Of a DNA stretch of 64,000 bases, positions 55,579 through 64,000 are shown piece by piece (positions within the stretch are counted from its first letter, which is position 1; each line of letters begins with the position of its first letter). The notes beneath the pieces were generated by a model. The model was not told the DNA's origin. It worked only from the letters and a program-made list of their open reading frames with translations, and made no database searches. The position numbers and the translations under genes were made by a program. This stretch comes from Acidobacteriaceae bacterium (GTDB lineage Bacteria > Acidobacteriota > Terriglobia > Terriglobales > Acidobacteriaceae), in NCBI GenBank assembly GCA_049579805.1, contig JBAUOP010000048.1:27136-91135 (forward strand). Direction: 5' to 3'.

Positions 55579-56991
55579 CTAGTTCGCCGGAAACACCAGG
55601 TACTGCTCCAGCTTGCCGTCCGGCTCCGTGTAGGTCGTGATCGTCACCGGCTTGGCCCCGCTGGCAAACTCCACGTGGAACACCCGGAACGTCATCCCTC
55701 CCCGCAACTCTTCCGCTATCTGCGTTACGCTCGACGGCTTGCCCAGTGGCGAAAGGCTGGTTTGAAAATCGCCCAGCGCCTGCTCATCGAAGTACGCATT
55801 GCACCACGGCGTAAACAGGCTGCGGTCGATCTTCCCCTGCTGGAAGCTCTCCAGCAGCGCCTCTGCCTGGGACTCGGCGGCCGTCGGCGTCGTCCGCGAG
55901 ACGCCCAGCAGCAGCGGCGCCAGCTCCCGCCCGATCACCCCAGCCGCCCGGGACGCGTCCTGGTTCGTCAGCACCGCGATCGCCAGCTTGTCCTTAGGAA
56001 ACACCATGTTCTCCGCTACGAAACCTGACACCTCGCCGGAGTGCTCCAGCTCAAGGTGCCCGTCCAGATCCCGCACAAACATCCCCAGTCCGTAATGCGA
56101 GCTGGTTCCGTTCTTCAGCATCACCGGCGTTTCCATCTGATCGTACGACTGCGCCTGGAGCAAGCTGCGATCCATCACGCTGATGTCCCATTGGGCCAGG
56201 TCATACGCCGGCATCGCCAGCTCGCCCGCCGCAAACATCCAGCCGCGCCCCTCCTTCGGCGCCGGCCGCAGCGGTCCAAGCGCATACCGGATGGTTCCCG
56301 CCGCATCCGTCTCGCCCAGCTTCGTCACATCGGAGTTCCACACCTCCTTCATATCGAGCGGATGAAAGATGTGCTCCTCCAAAAACCGCATCAGCGGCTC
56401 CCCGCTTACCTTCTCCACAATCTGGCCGGCAATCACATAGCCCGTGTTCGAATACTGCCATTTCGTCCCGGGCGCAAAATCCAGGGGCTTCTTTCCCCAC
56501 ACGTCCAGAATGTGCTGCGCCGTGGTCGGCTTCTCCATCGGCGGCATCAGATAATCCTCCGGCCAGTAATCCTCATAGCCCGAGGTGTGTGACAGCACCT
56601 CCCGAATCGTCACCTCATGCGCCTCCGTCAGCTCCGGGAGATACTTGCCCACCGGATCGTCCACCGACAGCTTGCCCTGCTGCTGCAGCATCAGCATCGC
56701 CGTCGCCGTGAACTGCTTGGAGATCGACCCGATCGAATACCGCATGTGCGGCTCGGCCGGCTCATTCGGATCCAGGCGCGCCTCTCCATAGGCCTTCGTA
56801 TAGACGATCTTCCCCTCCCGCACAATGGCCAGCGACGCGCTCGGCACCCCCGTCGTCGTCAGCGCATTCTCGGCCACGGCATCGATTTTCTGCGCCAGCT
56901 CCGGCGGCAGTCGGTCCACCGTCAGTTGCGCCCCGGCCACCGCACTCAACAGCGCCACGCACGGCAACACCCACAATCCGCTGTGTTTCAT
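55579..56991 (-). CDS. Secreted serine hydrolase, beta-lactamase (class C / PBP4*-like) family
   Basis: Signal peptide. The S-x-x-K motif is in RYSIGSISKQFTA and the Y-x-N equivalent in YSNTGY. 470 aa with an extra C-terminal domain. Confidence 0.88.
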   Translation of the reverse strand: MKHSGLWVLPCVALLSAVAGAQLTVDRLPPELAQKIDAVAENALTTTGVPSASLAIVREGKIVYTKAYGEARLDPNEPAEPHMRYSIGSISKQFTATAMLMLQQQGKLSVDDPVGKYLPELTEAHEVTIREVLSHTSGYEDYWPEDYLMPPMEKPTTAQHILDVWGKKPLDFAPGTKWQYSNTGYVIAGQIVEKVSGEPLMRFLEEHIFHPLDMKEVWNSDVTKLGETDAAGTIRYALGPLRPAPKEGRGWMFAAGELAMPAYDLAQWDISVMDRSLLQAQSYDQMETPVMLKNGTSSHYGLGMFVRDLDGHLELEHSGEVSGFVAENMVFPKDKLAIAVLTNQDASRAAGVIGRELAPLLLGVSRTTPTAAESQAEALLESFQQGKIDRSLFTPWCNAYFDEQALGDFQTSLSPLGKPSSVTQIAEELRGGMTFRVFHVEFASGAKPVTITTYTEPDGKLEQYLVFPAN

Positions 56992-57099
56992 GCTCTTCCT
57001 CCCGGAAGACAGTCAAGATTAGCACTGCCCACGGTTGCAGAATGGCGATGCTGACCGCCCCCCAGCTTTTGCAATGCCGATGCCGATGCTTTCGCCGCT

Positions 57100-57146
57100 T
57101 TCCCATAGAGGTTCGAGGGGTGTATGCTGTCTTCCCATAGAGGTTC
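57100..57146. promoter_or_regulatory. Pair of 15-nt direct repeats in the divergent promoter region upstream of padR
   Basis: ttcccatagaggttc at 57100-57114 and again at 57132-57146, with a 32-bp centre-to-centre spacing. They lie 46-92 bp upstream of the padR GTG. A candidate operator, but the function is untested. Confidence 0.4.
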
Positions 57147-57191
57147 TATTGGAGCGGGAGTTCGATAAAAGCTCCAGGTGGAGGACGGAAG

Positions 57192-57539
57192 GTGTCGAAG
57201 AAGGAACAGGAGCTGTTGCTGGGTACCCTGGACATGCTGATCCTGCGGACGCTTTTGATGGGGACGGCGCATGGACACACGATCGCCCACGTGATCGAAC
57301 ACACCTCCGATGACGTACTGCAGATTGAGCAGGGCTCGCTCTATCCGGCGCTGCACCGCCTCGAAGATCGCGGCTGGGTGTCGTCGTACTGGGGCGCAAG
57401 CGAGAACAACCGCAAGGCGCGCTTCTACAGGCTCACAGCGGCGGGGCGGAAGCGCCTCACCGTGGAGACGAACCGCTGGGAGTCGATGGTGGAGGCGATT
57501 GGGCGCGTGCTGGGGCAGCCGGGGCGCGCGGTCGAGTAA
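57192..57539 (+). CDS. PadR-family transcriptional regulator
   Basis: GTG start after GGAGGA. LLGTLDMLILRTLL.G..HG..IA..I......VL.IEQGSLYPALHRLEDRGWV.S.W..SENNRKARFYRLT..G. Confidence 0.93.
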   Translation: MSKKEQELLLGTLDMLILRTLLMGTAHGHTIAHVIEHTSDDVLQIEQGSLYPALHRLEDRGWVSSYWGASENNRKARFYRLTAAGRKRLTVETNRWESMVEAIGRVLGQPGRAVE

Positions 57540-57557
57540 GCGCGGGAGGGCAACGCG

Positions 57558-60230
57558 ATGAGTCTCGGGCGGTACTGGCGGCGGCGGGCATGGGACGAGG
57601 AGCGGCAGCGCGAGCTGGAGGCGCATCTGGCCCACGAAATCGACGAGAACGTTGCCCGAGGCCAGTCGCCGGAAGAGGCGCGGCGGCAGGCGTATCTGAA
57701 GCTGGGGAATCTGACAGCGATTCGCGAGGAGATCTGGAAGATGAACAGTCTGGTGTCAATCGAAGAGATGGGCCGCGACCTGCGCTACGCGTTGCGGCAA
57801 CTGTTGCACAATCCGGGTTTCGCGGCGATTGCTGTCGTGACCCTGGCGCTCGGAATCGGGGTGAACACGACGATTTTCAGCATCGTGAACGGGCTGCTGT
57901 TCCGCTCGCTCCACATCCAGGACGAGACGCGGGTGCTGACCCTGGGATTCCGGCAGAAGGGCGGACCCTACCAGCCGCAGATGTCGCTGCCGGAGATGCA
58001 GGCGGTGAGCGCGCAGACGAAGAGCGTCTTCTCGGAGGTGTTCGGGGCGCAGTACGCGCTGGACGGGTTGACCATGGAGGGGAGTCAGCCGGATCGGTTG
58101 TTCACCGATTACGTGACGGGGAATTACTTCTCCGCGCTGGGCGTGCAGCCGGCGCTGGGGCGGTTCTTCAAACCGTCGGAGGGGGTAACGCCAGGAGCCG
58201 ATCCGTACCTGGTGCTGAGCTACGGCTATTGGCAGCAGCACTTCGGTGGCGATCCGCATGTGATCGGACGGCACGTGGCGCTGGACGGGACGCCGGTAAC
58301 GATTGTCGGTGTGGCGCCCAGGAGCTATCGGGGGCTCAACAGCCTTCTCGAGGTGCAGGCGTATCTGCCCCTGGCGATGATGGTGCCGATCGAGCACACT
58401 CCGCTTGCGGATTTCAACAATCCGACGAACCGCGGCATGCAGGTGTACGGGCGGCTGGCCAGCGGCGTGACGGCAAAGCAGGCGGACGCGGCGCTGGCCG
58501 TGGTGGCGCGGGATCTTGTGGCGGCGCATCCGCGGGACGAGCGGGATGCCCAGATGCGGGCCTTCTCGCTGGAGGCGGCGCGGTTATCGGGATCGCTGGA
58601 CGAGGACAACAGCTTCAACATGATGTCGGCGATCTTCCTGTGCCTCGCCGGGCTGGTGTTGCTGCTGGCATGTGTGAACGTGGCGAATCTGCTGCTGGTG
58701 CGGGCCACGGTGCGGGAGCGGGAGATGGTGATCCGGTCCGCGCTGGGGGCGCGGCGCTTCCGACTGATCCGGCAGATGCTGACCGAGAGCGCGCTGCTGG
58801 CGACGCTGGGCGGACTGGGTGGGATTGCACTGGGACTGGCAGCGAGCCGGCTGCTGATGTCGATCAATCTGCAGACGGATCTTCCCATCGGGTTCAACTT
58901 TGGATTTGACTGGCACGTATTGGTCTTCTCCGCAGTCATTGCCCTGGCGGCGGGAGCGGTGGTGGGAATTGTGCCCGCCGTACGGCTGGCGCGAGCCAAT
59001 CTGAACCTGGTGCTGCGCGAAGGCGGCCGTGGAATTACGGGGCACGGACACAAGTTCCGCGACGCGCTGGTGATGGTGCAGGTGGGAGCAGCCCTGACAC
59101 TGCTGGTCATTGCGGGGCTGTTTCTCCGCACCCTCCAGCAGTCGGAGCACGCGAAGCTGGGGTTCAATCCCAACAATGTGCTGACCATGATGATGGATCC
59201 AAGCGAAATCGGCTACGACACGGCGCGGTCGCGGGAATTCTATAAAGACATGCTGCCGCGGGTGCGGAGTCTGCCGGGGGTGGTGTCGGCGACCGTGGCG
59301 CAGGCGATTCCGATGGGGCTGGTCGATAACGGATCGAACACGGTGACGATCGAGGGGTATACGCCGCCGCCCGGTCAGCCCCCGCCGACGATCAGCTCGA
59401 ACTTTATTGGGACGGACTATTTCCGGACTCTGGGAATTCCGCTGGTGGAAGGGCGGAGCGTTACAGATGCGGACAATGACAAGGGCCCGTACGTGGCGAT
59501 TGTGAGCCGGACCATGGCGCAGAAGTACTGGCCACACCAGGATCCGATCGGACGGCACTTCTCGATGGGATACGATCCGGCGCATCCCATGCAGATCGTC
59601 GGGGTGGCGGGCGACGCACGGTACGGAACGCTGGATGGGGAGACGCAGGCCTATTTCTATACGCCGTATACGCAGCACAATATGGGCACGGTGCTGGCGC
59701 TGGAGGTGCGGACGGAAGGGGATGCAGGAGCGATGGCGCCGGCGATCGAGCAGGCGATTCATGGAGTGGCGCAGGGGCTGCCCTTGTTCGAGGTGAAGAC
59801 GCTGCACCAGGCTCTGTATTCACCGAATGGGCTGCTGTTGTTTGAGGTAGTGGCAGCGCTGGCCGGCGTGATGGGGATGCTGGGGTTGGTGCTGGCGGTG
59901 GTGGGAGTGTACGGGGTGCTGTCGTATGTGGTCAGCCAGAAAACGGGGGAGATCGGCGTGCGCATGGCGCTGGGCGCGGGCCGCGGCGACATTCTCCGCA
60001 TGGTGTACCGGCAGGGCTTGTGGATTGTGGGGATCGGCCTGGCGGTGGGACTGGCGGCGAGCTTCGGAGCGGCGCACCTGCTGCGCAGCGTGATCGAGGT
60101 GAGCGCCACGGATCCTCTGACCTTTGTAGCGGTGCCGGCGGTGCTGGGGGTGATCGCCCTGCTGGCATGCTACATCCCGGCGCGACGAGCGATGCGTGTA
60201 GAACCCATGCAGGCGCTGCGGACGGAGTGA
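57558..60230 (+). CDS. ADOP-family duplicated ABC permease (MacB-like, two FtsX domains)
   Basis: 890 aa. The N-terminal leader [51 protein letters not shown] is the hallmark of the acidobacterial duplicated orphan permease family. It has two MacB_PCD + FtsX halves and is paired with padR. Confidence 0.92.
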   Translation: MSLGRYWRRRAWDEERQRELEAHLAHEIDENVARGQSPEEARRQAYLKLGNLTAIREEIWKMNSLVSIEEMGRDLRYALRQLLHNPGFAAIAVVTLALGIGVNTTIFSIVNGLLFRSLHIQDETRVLTLGFRQKGGPYQPQMSLPEMQAVSAQTKSVFSEVFGAQYALDGLTMEGSQPDRLFTDYVTGNYFSALGVQPALGRFFKPSEGVTPGADPYLVLSYGYWQQHFGGDPHVIGRHVALDGTPVTIVGVAPRSYRGLNSLLEVQAYLPLAMMVPIEHTPLADFNNPTNRGMQVYGRLASGVTAKQADAALAVVARDLVAAHPRDERDAQMRAFSLEAARLSGSLDEDNSFNMMSAIFLCLAGLVLLLACVNVANLLLVRATVREREMVIRSALGARRFRLIRQMLTESALLATLGGLGGIALGLAASRLLMSINLQTDLPIGFNFGFDWHVLVFSAVIALAAGAVVGIVPAVRLARANLNLVLREGGRGITGHGHKFRDALVMVQVGAALTLLVIAGLFLRTLQQSEHAKLGFNPNNVLTMMMDPSEIGYDTARSREFYKDMLPRVRSLPGVVSATVAQAIPMGLVDNGSNTVTIEGYTPPPGQPPPTISSNFIGTDYFRTLGIPLVEGRSVTDADNDKGPYVAIVSRTMAQKYWPHQDPIGRHFSMGYDPAHPMQIVGVAGDARYGTLDGETQAYFYTPYTQHNMGTVLALEVRTEGDAGAMAPAIEQAIHGVAQGLPLFEVKTLHQALYSPNGLLLFEVVAALAGVMGMLGLVLAVVGVYGVLSYVVSQKTGEIGVRMALGAGRGDILRMVYRQGLWIVGIGLAVGLAASFGAAHLLRSVIEVSATDPLTFVAVPAVLGVIALLACYIPARRAMRVEPMQALRTE

Positions 60231-60244
60231 GGGGAGAAACAGAG

Positions 60245-60270
60245 TACAGGGTGTAGGGTGCAGGGTGTAG
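60245..60270. repeat. Degenerate heptamer micro-tandem repeat (TGCAGGG family)
   Basis: tacaggg tgtaggg tgcaggg tgtag, starting 15 nt after the ADOP stop and just before the terminator hairpin. Confidence 0.7.
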
Positions 60271-60279
60271 AACTGCGGA

Positions 60280-60310
60280 GGGTCGCCGGCCGGCGACCCT
60301 TTTTGTTGTT
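60280..60310 (+). terminator. Rho-independent terminator of the padR-ADOP operon
   Basis: GGGTCGCCGG-CCGGCGACCC (perfect 10-bp stem, 60280-60299) followed by TTTTTGTTGTT. Confidence 0.85.
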
Positions 60311-60493
60311 GGAGGCCGGACGCTGGCCGTATGCCCTGCGTCCGAGTCAATCATTTATCATCTTAAAAAAGCATTTGAACCGATACTCCATCGCGGTGAA
60401 GACGTCTGAGTTGAGGCGGATGGCGGCTGGCAAGGCGCTCCGAGGTACCGGGCTCGACGTTTCGGGGCTATTTCTCTTTCCGAGGAAATCCGA

Positions 60494-62203
60494 ATGATTG
60501 AAAGTTGCAGGAAACAAGGGGGCGCGCTGCCCTGGATGATATGCGGTGCGCTGACGATGCTGTTGGGACTCGCCGTAGTGGGCTGCAAGAAGCAAGCGCC
60601 GACGGTGATCGGCCACGGGACGGATGCGCTGGTGGGCGGGACTGTCGAACACACGAAAAACGCGCAGGTGGCCCGCTATACGATTGAGCCGCGCAGTGCG
60701 GCGCGCATCCGCGTGGACTTCGGCCCGACGACCGGCTATGGCCTGCAGACCTGGACGGTGAATGCGGCCGCGGGGCAGCCGGCGACGATCCTGGTGGCGG
60801 GTATGCGCGGGGATACGGCCTACCACATGCAGGCGGTGGCGCAATTCGCCGATGGGACGACGGTGCGCGACGTGGATCACCCCTTCACGACCGGACATTA
60901 CAAGAGAAGCATGATCCCGAAGATCACGGTGGAGTCGCCGGGCACGCCGCAGCCTGGAGTGGAATTGCTGATTCCCGCAATTGGACACTGGTACGAGGCG
61001 ATCGTGACCGATCTGCAGGGCGACGTGCTGTGGGCGTATGACTACCCGGATCGGGAGTCGTCGCAGGTGGTGGCGATCCACGAGGATCTGCATGCGGTCC
61101 ATCTGATGCTGGTGGCATGGCTGCACGGGCATTTTGGGCCGCCCAAGTTGGCGAAGAAGCGGTTCGGGACCATCATTAATCCCATCAAGATGCTGCCCAA
61201 CGGAGATCTTCTGATGGTGATCGGAATGCCCGATCAGATGCTGTACAGTCCCGACGGCGAGCCCCCGCCGGACACAACGCTGGTGCTGCGCGAGATCAAT
61301 CTGGCTGGCGATACGGTCCGGCAACTCGATATGCAGCAGCTGAACGACCGGCTGCGCGCGCACGGATATCATGGGCCGACGCTGGAGATGATGCACCACG
61401 ACGTAGCGGTGCTGCCGAACGGCCACATGGTGGTGCTGACCAACGCGACACGGGAGTACAAGGATCTGCCCGGGTATCCTGGAATGACACGGGTGATCGG
61501 GGACATTGTGGTGGATCTGGATCCGCAGTGGCAGCCGGTGTGGACGTGGAGCGAGTTCGACCATCTGGACGTCAACCGGCATCCCAAGGACTTTCCCGAC
61601 TGGACCCACTCGAACACGGTGATCTACACGAAAGATGACGGGAACCTGATTGTGTCGGCGCGAACTCAGAGCTGGGTGATGAAGATCGACTACCGCAACG
61701 GGCAGGGGACGGGCAAGATCCTGTGGACACTGGGCTACGGCGGCGATTTGCGCCTGATCAACGGGCAGTCGCCGCAGGACTGGAACTACGGCCAGCACGA
61801 TGTGCAGGTCTTCAGTAAGCAGGATGCAGGGGTATTCGACCTCAGCATGATGGACAACGGCTACGGGCGCATCCTGGCCGACGGGAAGATGTGCGGGACG
61901 AAGGGCGCCGGGCCGTGTTATACAACGGTGCCGATTTATCGCATCGATGAGGCGGCGAAGACCGCGACCCTGATATTCCACAAGATCTTTCCGCCGAAAC
62001 AGTACTCGTACTGGGGCGGCGCCGTGCAATCGCTGCCGAATGGAGATGTGCAGATCGACTTGTGCAGCCAGGGCGACAATTCCGATGTGTGGGAAGTGAC
62101 GCGGACGGCCGATCCGCAGACTGTGTGGCACATGCACGTGACAAGGACCAACGACTACCGGACGAGGCGGTGGGGGAGTATGTATCCGGGAGTCACGTGG
62201 TAA
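60494..62203 (+). CDS. Arylsulfotransferase (ASST)-family beta-propeller lipoprotein (tentative)
   Basis: Lipobox LAVVGC. HHDVAVLPNGHMVVL..., ...DWTHSNTVIYTKDDGNLIVSARTQSWVMKIDY..G.GTGKILW.LG, and ...QHDVQV resemble the ASST family. 569 aa. An alternative start lies at Met15 (60536). Confidence 0.65.
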   Translation: MIESCRKQGGALPWMICGALTMLLGLAVVGCKKQAPTVIGHGTDALVGGTVEHTKNAQVARYTIEPRSAARIRVDFGPTTGYGLQTWTVNAAAGQPATILVAGMRGDTAYHMQAVAQFADGTTVRDVDHPFTTGHYKRSMIPKITVESPGTPQPGVELLIPAIGHWYEAIVTDLQGDVLWAYDYPDRESSQVVAIHEDLHAVHLMLVAWLHGHFGPPKLAKKRFGTIINPIKMLPNGDLLMVIGMPDQMLYSPDGEPPPDTTLVLREINLAGDTVRQLDMQQLNDRLRAHGYHGPTLEMMHHDVAVLPNGHMVVLTNATREYKDLPGYPGMTRVIGDIVVDLDPQWQPVWTWSEFDHLDVNRHPKDFPDWTHSNTVIYTKDDGNLIVSARTQSWVMKIDYRNGQGTGKILWTLGYGGDLRLINGQSPQDWNYGQHDVQVFSKQDAGVFDLSMMDNGYGRILADGKMCGTKGAGPCYTTVPIYRIDEAAKTATLIFHKIFPPKQYSYWGGAVQSLPNGDVQIDLCSQGDNSDVWEVTRTADPQTVWHMHVTRTNDYRTRRWGSMYPGVTW

Positions 62204-62227
62204 GAGGCTCCGGCCGGGCGAGCCGAG

Positions 62228-63999
62228 CTACCTGGGGGAACTCGTCACTCTTCCCAGATAGCGATCGAGCCAGGCGAGAACTTCCCGGACGAGTGCGGGT
62301 CGATCTTCGGTGACGTCGTGCGGCGTATCGAGAATGACGTGGCGCTTGTCGGCTGCCGGCGTGCCGAGCATGCGGAAGAGCGGGTCCTGCGAGATCTCCA
62401 CGGGAAACGTGTAGTCGTAGCGGCCGTTCACCATCAGAACAGGCTTTTTCATGCGAGGGGCGAAATCGGCCTGGTCGAATCCTGGCGAGGGATTGGCCAG
62501 GAAATAGCCGCCATCGAGCAAGACCGCCGTGCGCAGGCGGTCCTGCAGCAGAGTGGCGAAAATCACGCCGTCCGCGGAGCCCATGCTGACGCCAAGATAG
62601 GCGAATTTGTCCTTGTCGATATCGGGGCGGGTATCGAGGTAGTCGAGGGCGCGGGCCGCGTCCTTGTACCAGTCAATGGGCTCGTCGATGCTGTCCGGCT
62701 TGGCGGGGAGTTGATGCGCGTGGCGGCGTTCGTAGGTGTCCTCGTACACCGGATACATGAGGGCTCGGCCGCTCTGGATGATGTAGTCGAAGAAATTCAT
62801 GTCGCCCAGCTCGCTGCTGTCGCGCGGCAGGAAGAGCACGCGGGCGCTGGGAAAGAACAGGATGGTCTGGTAGGGCGGCTTCACGCGCTTCGGCAGAAAG
62901 AGATAGGCCGCCATGCGCTCGCCGTTGTAGGCGGCATCGAAGGTGATCTTTTCCTCGCGCCAGTCCTCGGTCTCCTTCACGATCCCTTCCTCGTGGGCAT
63001 TCAGCGGAGTTTTCGGGTACGCATAGAGGAGCGTGTAGGCACGGAAGACGGCGTCGCTGACCGGCTTGTATTCTGCAAAGTCGCGCGTGACGCGATGCAC
63101 GGGAGCGGCGGCGGCCGCGGGCATGGTTCCGAGATTCCGGACGCAGCGGAATCCGTTGGTGTCGGAGCGGTCGAAGGGCGAGAGCGCCTCCGGGCAGGTG
63201 TAGAGATAATTCGGTGACTTATATGAGCCGCCGAGGATAAAGCGCACGTCACCGTCCACAGGATTGGCAATCCACTCGCGGATATTGCCGGCCATATCGT
63301 AGGTGCCGTAGGAGCCCAGAGCCTGGTACGCGCCGACCCTGGCAGCGCGGCCGGTAGTGAGGTTGCTGAGCTGGACGGTATACCCGGCGTAGTCGAAATC
63401 GGCAGCCTGATACCACTGGCCCAGCACGGGCAGCGTCTTGCCCGCCCACGCGGCATAGGCCGAGGCTTCAAACCAGCTGACTCCGGAGACGGGAAAGTCG
63501 GCCTGGCCCTCGGGATAATGGCCGCCGGCCCACGTGGACGGGCCGGGGCGACCGCTGCTGTCGCGGAAAAGGGACATCGCCTCGCTCCAGGCGAGCGTTC
63601 GCCCGTCCCGGTGAAACACAGCGGGCCAGTACTGCGGTTTCTGGTAGCCTCCATCGTCGAGGAAAACCTGATATGCGCGATTGCTGACCTCGTAGCGATC
63701 GATATCGTAGGGCGGGAATGAATACGGCCCGACCCAGCCAATGAATCCGCTAAAGTCCCCCCAGGTTCCGCCGCCCGCATAAACCATCCCCGCGGGCGCC
63801 TTTTGGGCGAGGGCCAGCGGGAAATCCATCTTCGCCAGGGTGTTGGGCGCGACCACCATGGTGCCCACGCCTGCTTTGGCTACGGTCCAGCGAAAATATC
63901 CGTTCGGGATGCGGGCTTTCAGCGGCGTCGAGCCAAGGTGGAGAGCGGGCCCTTTCGGGGTGAGATAGTCCTGGATGCTGACCTGGGCGCCGGAGGGTT
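62228..63999 (-). CDS. Multidomain protein (5'-partial): PEGA-like segment + FGE-sulfatase (SUMF1) domain + C-terminal alpha/beta-hydrolase (S9/DLH-like)
   Basis: The reading frame stays open upstream of the track start (63868) to the window edge (...VSIQDYLTPKGPALHLGSTPLKARIPNGYFRWTVAKAG). FGE core: YEVSNRAYQVF...PVSGVSWFEASAYAAWAGK.LP...W..AA...YDMAGNIREW....GGSY...FR. Hydrolase nucleophile elbow: YLGVSMGS. Confidence 0.85.
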   Translation of the reverse strand, partial: PSGAQVSIQDYLTPKGPALHLGSTPLKARIPNGYFRWTVAKAGVGTMVVAPNTLAKMDFPLALAQKAPAGMVYAGGGTWGDFSGFIGWVGPYSFPPYDIDRYEVSNRAYQVFLDDGGYQKPQYWPAVFHRDGRTLAWSEAMSLFRDSSGRPGPSTWAGGHYPEGQADFPVSGVSWFEASAYAAWAGKTLPVLGQWYQAADFDYAGYTVQLSNLTTGRAARVGAYQALGSYGTYDMAGNIREWIANPVDGDVRFILGGSYKSPNYLYTCPEALSPFDRSDTNGFRCVRNLGTMPAAAAAPVHRVTRDFAEYKPVSDAVFRAYTLLYAYPKTPLNAHEEGIVKETEDWREEKITFDAAYNGERMAAYLFLPKRVKPPYQTILFFPSARVLFLPRDSSELGDMNFFDYIIQSGRALMYPVYEDTYERRHAHQLPAKPDSIDEPIDWYKDAARALDYLDTRPDIDKDKFAYLGVSMGSADGVIFATLLQDRLRTAVLLDGGYFLANPSPGFDQADFAPRMKKPVLMVNGRYDYTFPVEISQDPLFRMLGTPAADKRHVILDTPHDVTEDRPALVREVLAWLDRYLGRVTSSPR

Positions 64000-64000
64000 C

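Noticed and set aside
56992-57191. Replication origin at the negative-to-positive GC-skew switch near 57.1 kb
   Set aside because: There is no dnaA, dnaN, gyrB or parAB nearby. I saw no cluster of TTATCCACA-like boxes and no AT-rich unwinding element. An opposite-polarity switch lies only 23 kb away, which fits an inversion rather than ori/ter.

Overview
Gene-dense, high-GC chromosomal segment; sampled lines run about 55-72% GC. It looks like Acidobacteriota (Terriglobia-like), an inference from the PadR + ADOP duplicated-permease pair, a TPR Ser/Thr kinase, Pro/Arg-rich low-complexity tails and choice-of-anchor-D / lectin surface proteins. I call about 49 protein-coding genes, one tRNA-Asn(GUU) and one decayed integrase stub. 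There is no rRNA, no CRISPR array and no intact mobile element.

Contents, left to right:
- a sugar-acid uptake and catabolism cluster (FHS-type MFS permease, split UxaA-type dehydratase, RraA-like aldolase, SDR)
- tRNA-Asn
- DUF4149, a YVTN beta-propeller and DUF302
- mutL, an unknown protein with a 150-bp tandem-repeat basic tail, and cmk
- a five-gene ECF sigma / anti-sigma / B-box membrane protein / LiaI-like / TM-DUF4097 operon, with a divergent PP2C sensor phosphatase
- VOC, an LptE-like lipoprotein and ftsH
- a Tat-exported amidase
- a 1088-aa lectin / Ig / choice-of-anchor-D surface protein, convergent with a 1212-aa TPR Ser/Thr kinase
- a NodB-like deacetylase, a PilZ protein, an isoaspartyl peptidase, mscL, an M28/PSMA-like peptidase, ABM + DoxX, an ABC exporter, a GT39-like protein, a PfkB kinase and SCO
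- addBA and phoU-pstBAC
- a class-C-like serine hydrolase, padR-ADOP, an arylsulfotransferase and a partial FGE-domain/hydrolase fusion

I found no recognisable defence, toxin-antitoxin or other named accessory system. The observations most worth a second look are:
1. The ECF-driven Lia/Psp-like envelope module, in which three consecutive genes carry a paralogous TM hairpin.
2. A ~23-kb block (about 34.1-57.1 kb) whose G/C strand bias is opposite to both flanks.
3. A dispersed family of degenerate period-7 micro-tandem repeats in the gaps between genes.
4. The repeat-tailed basic protein between mutL and cmk.
5. The tRNA-Asn integrase scar.

Many long ORFs in the six-frame track are antisense shadows of real genes, and several track ORFs fuse a short real gene to such a shadow.
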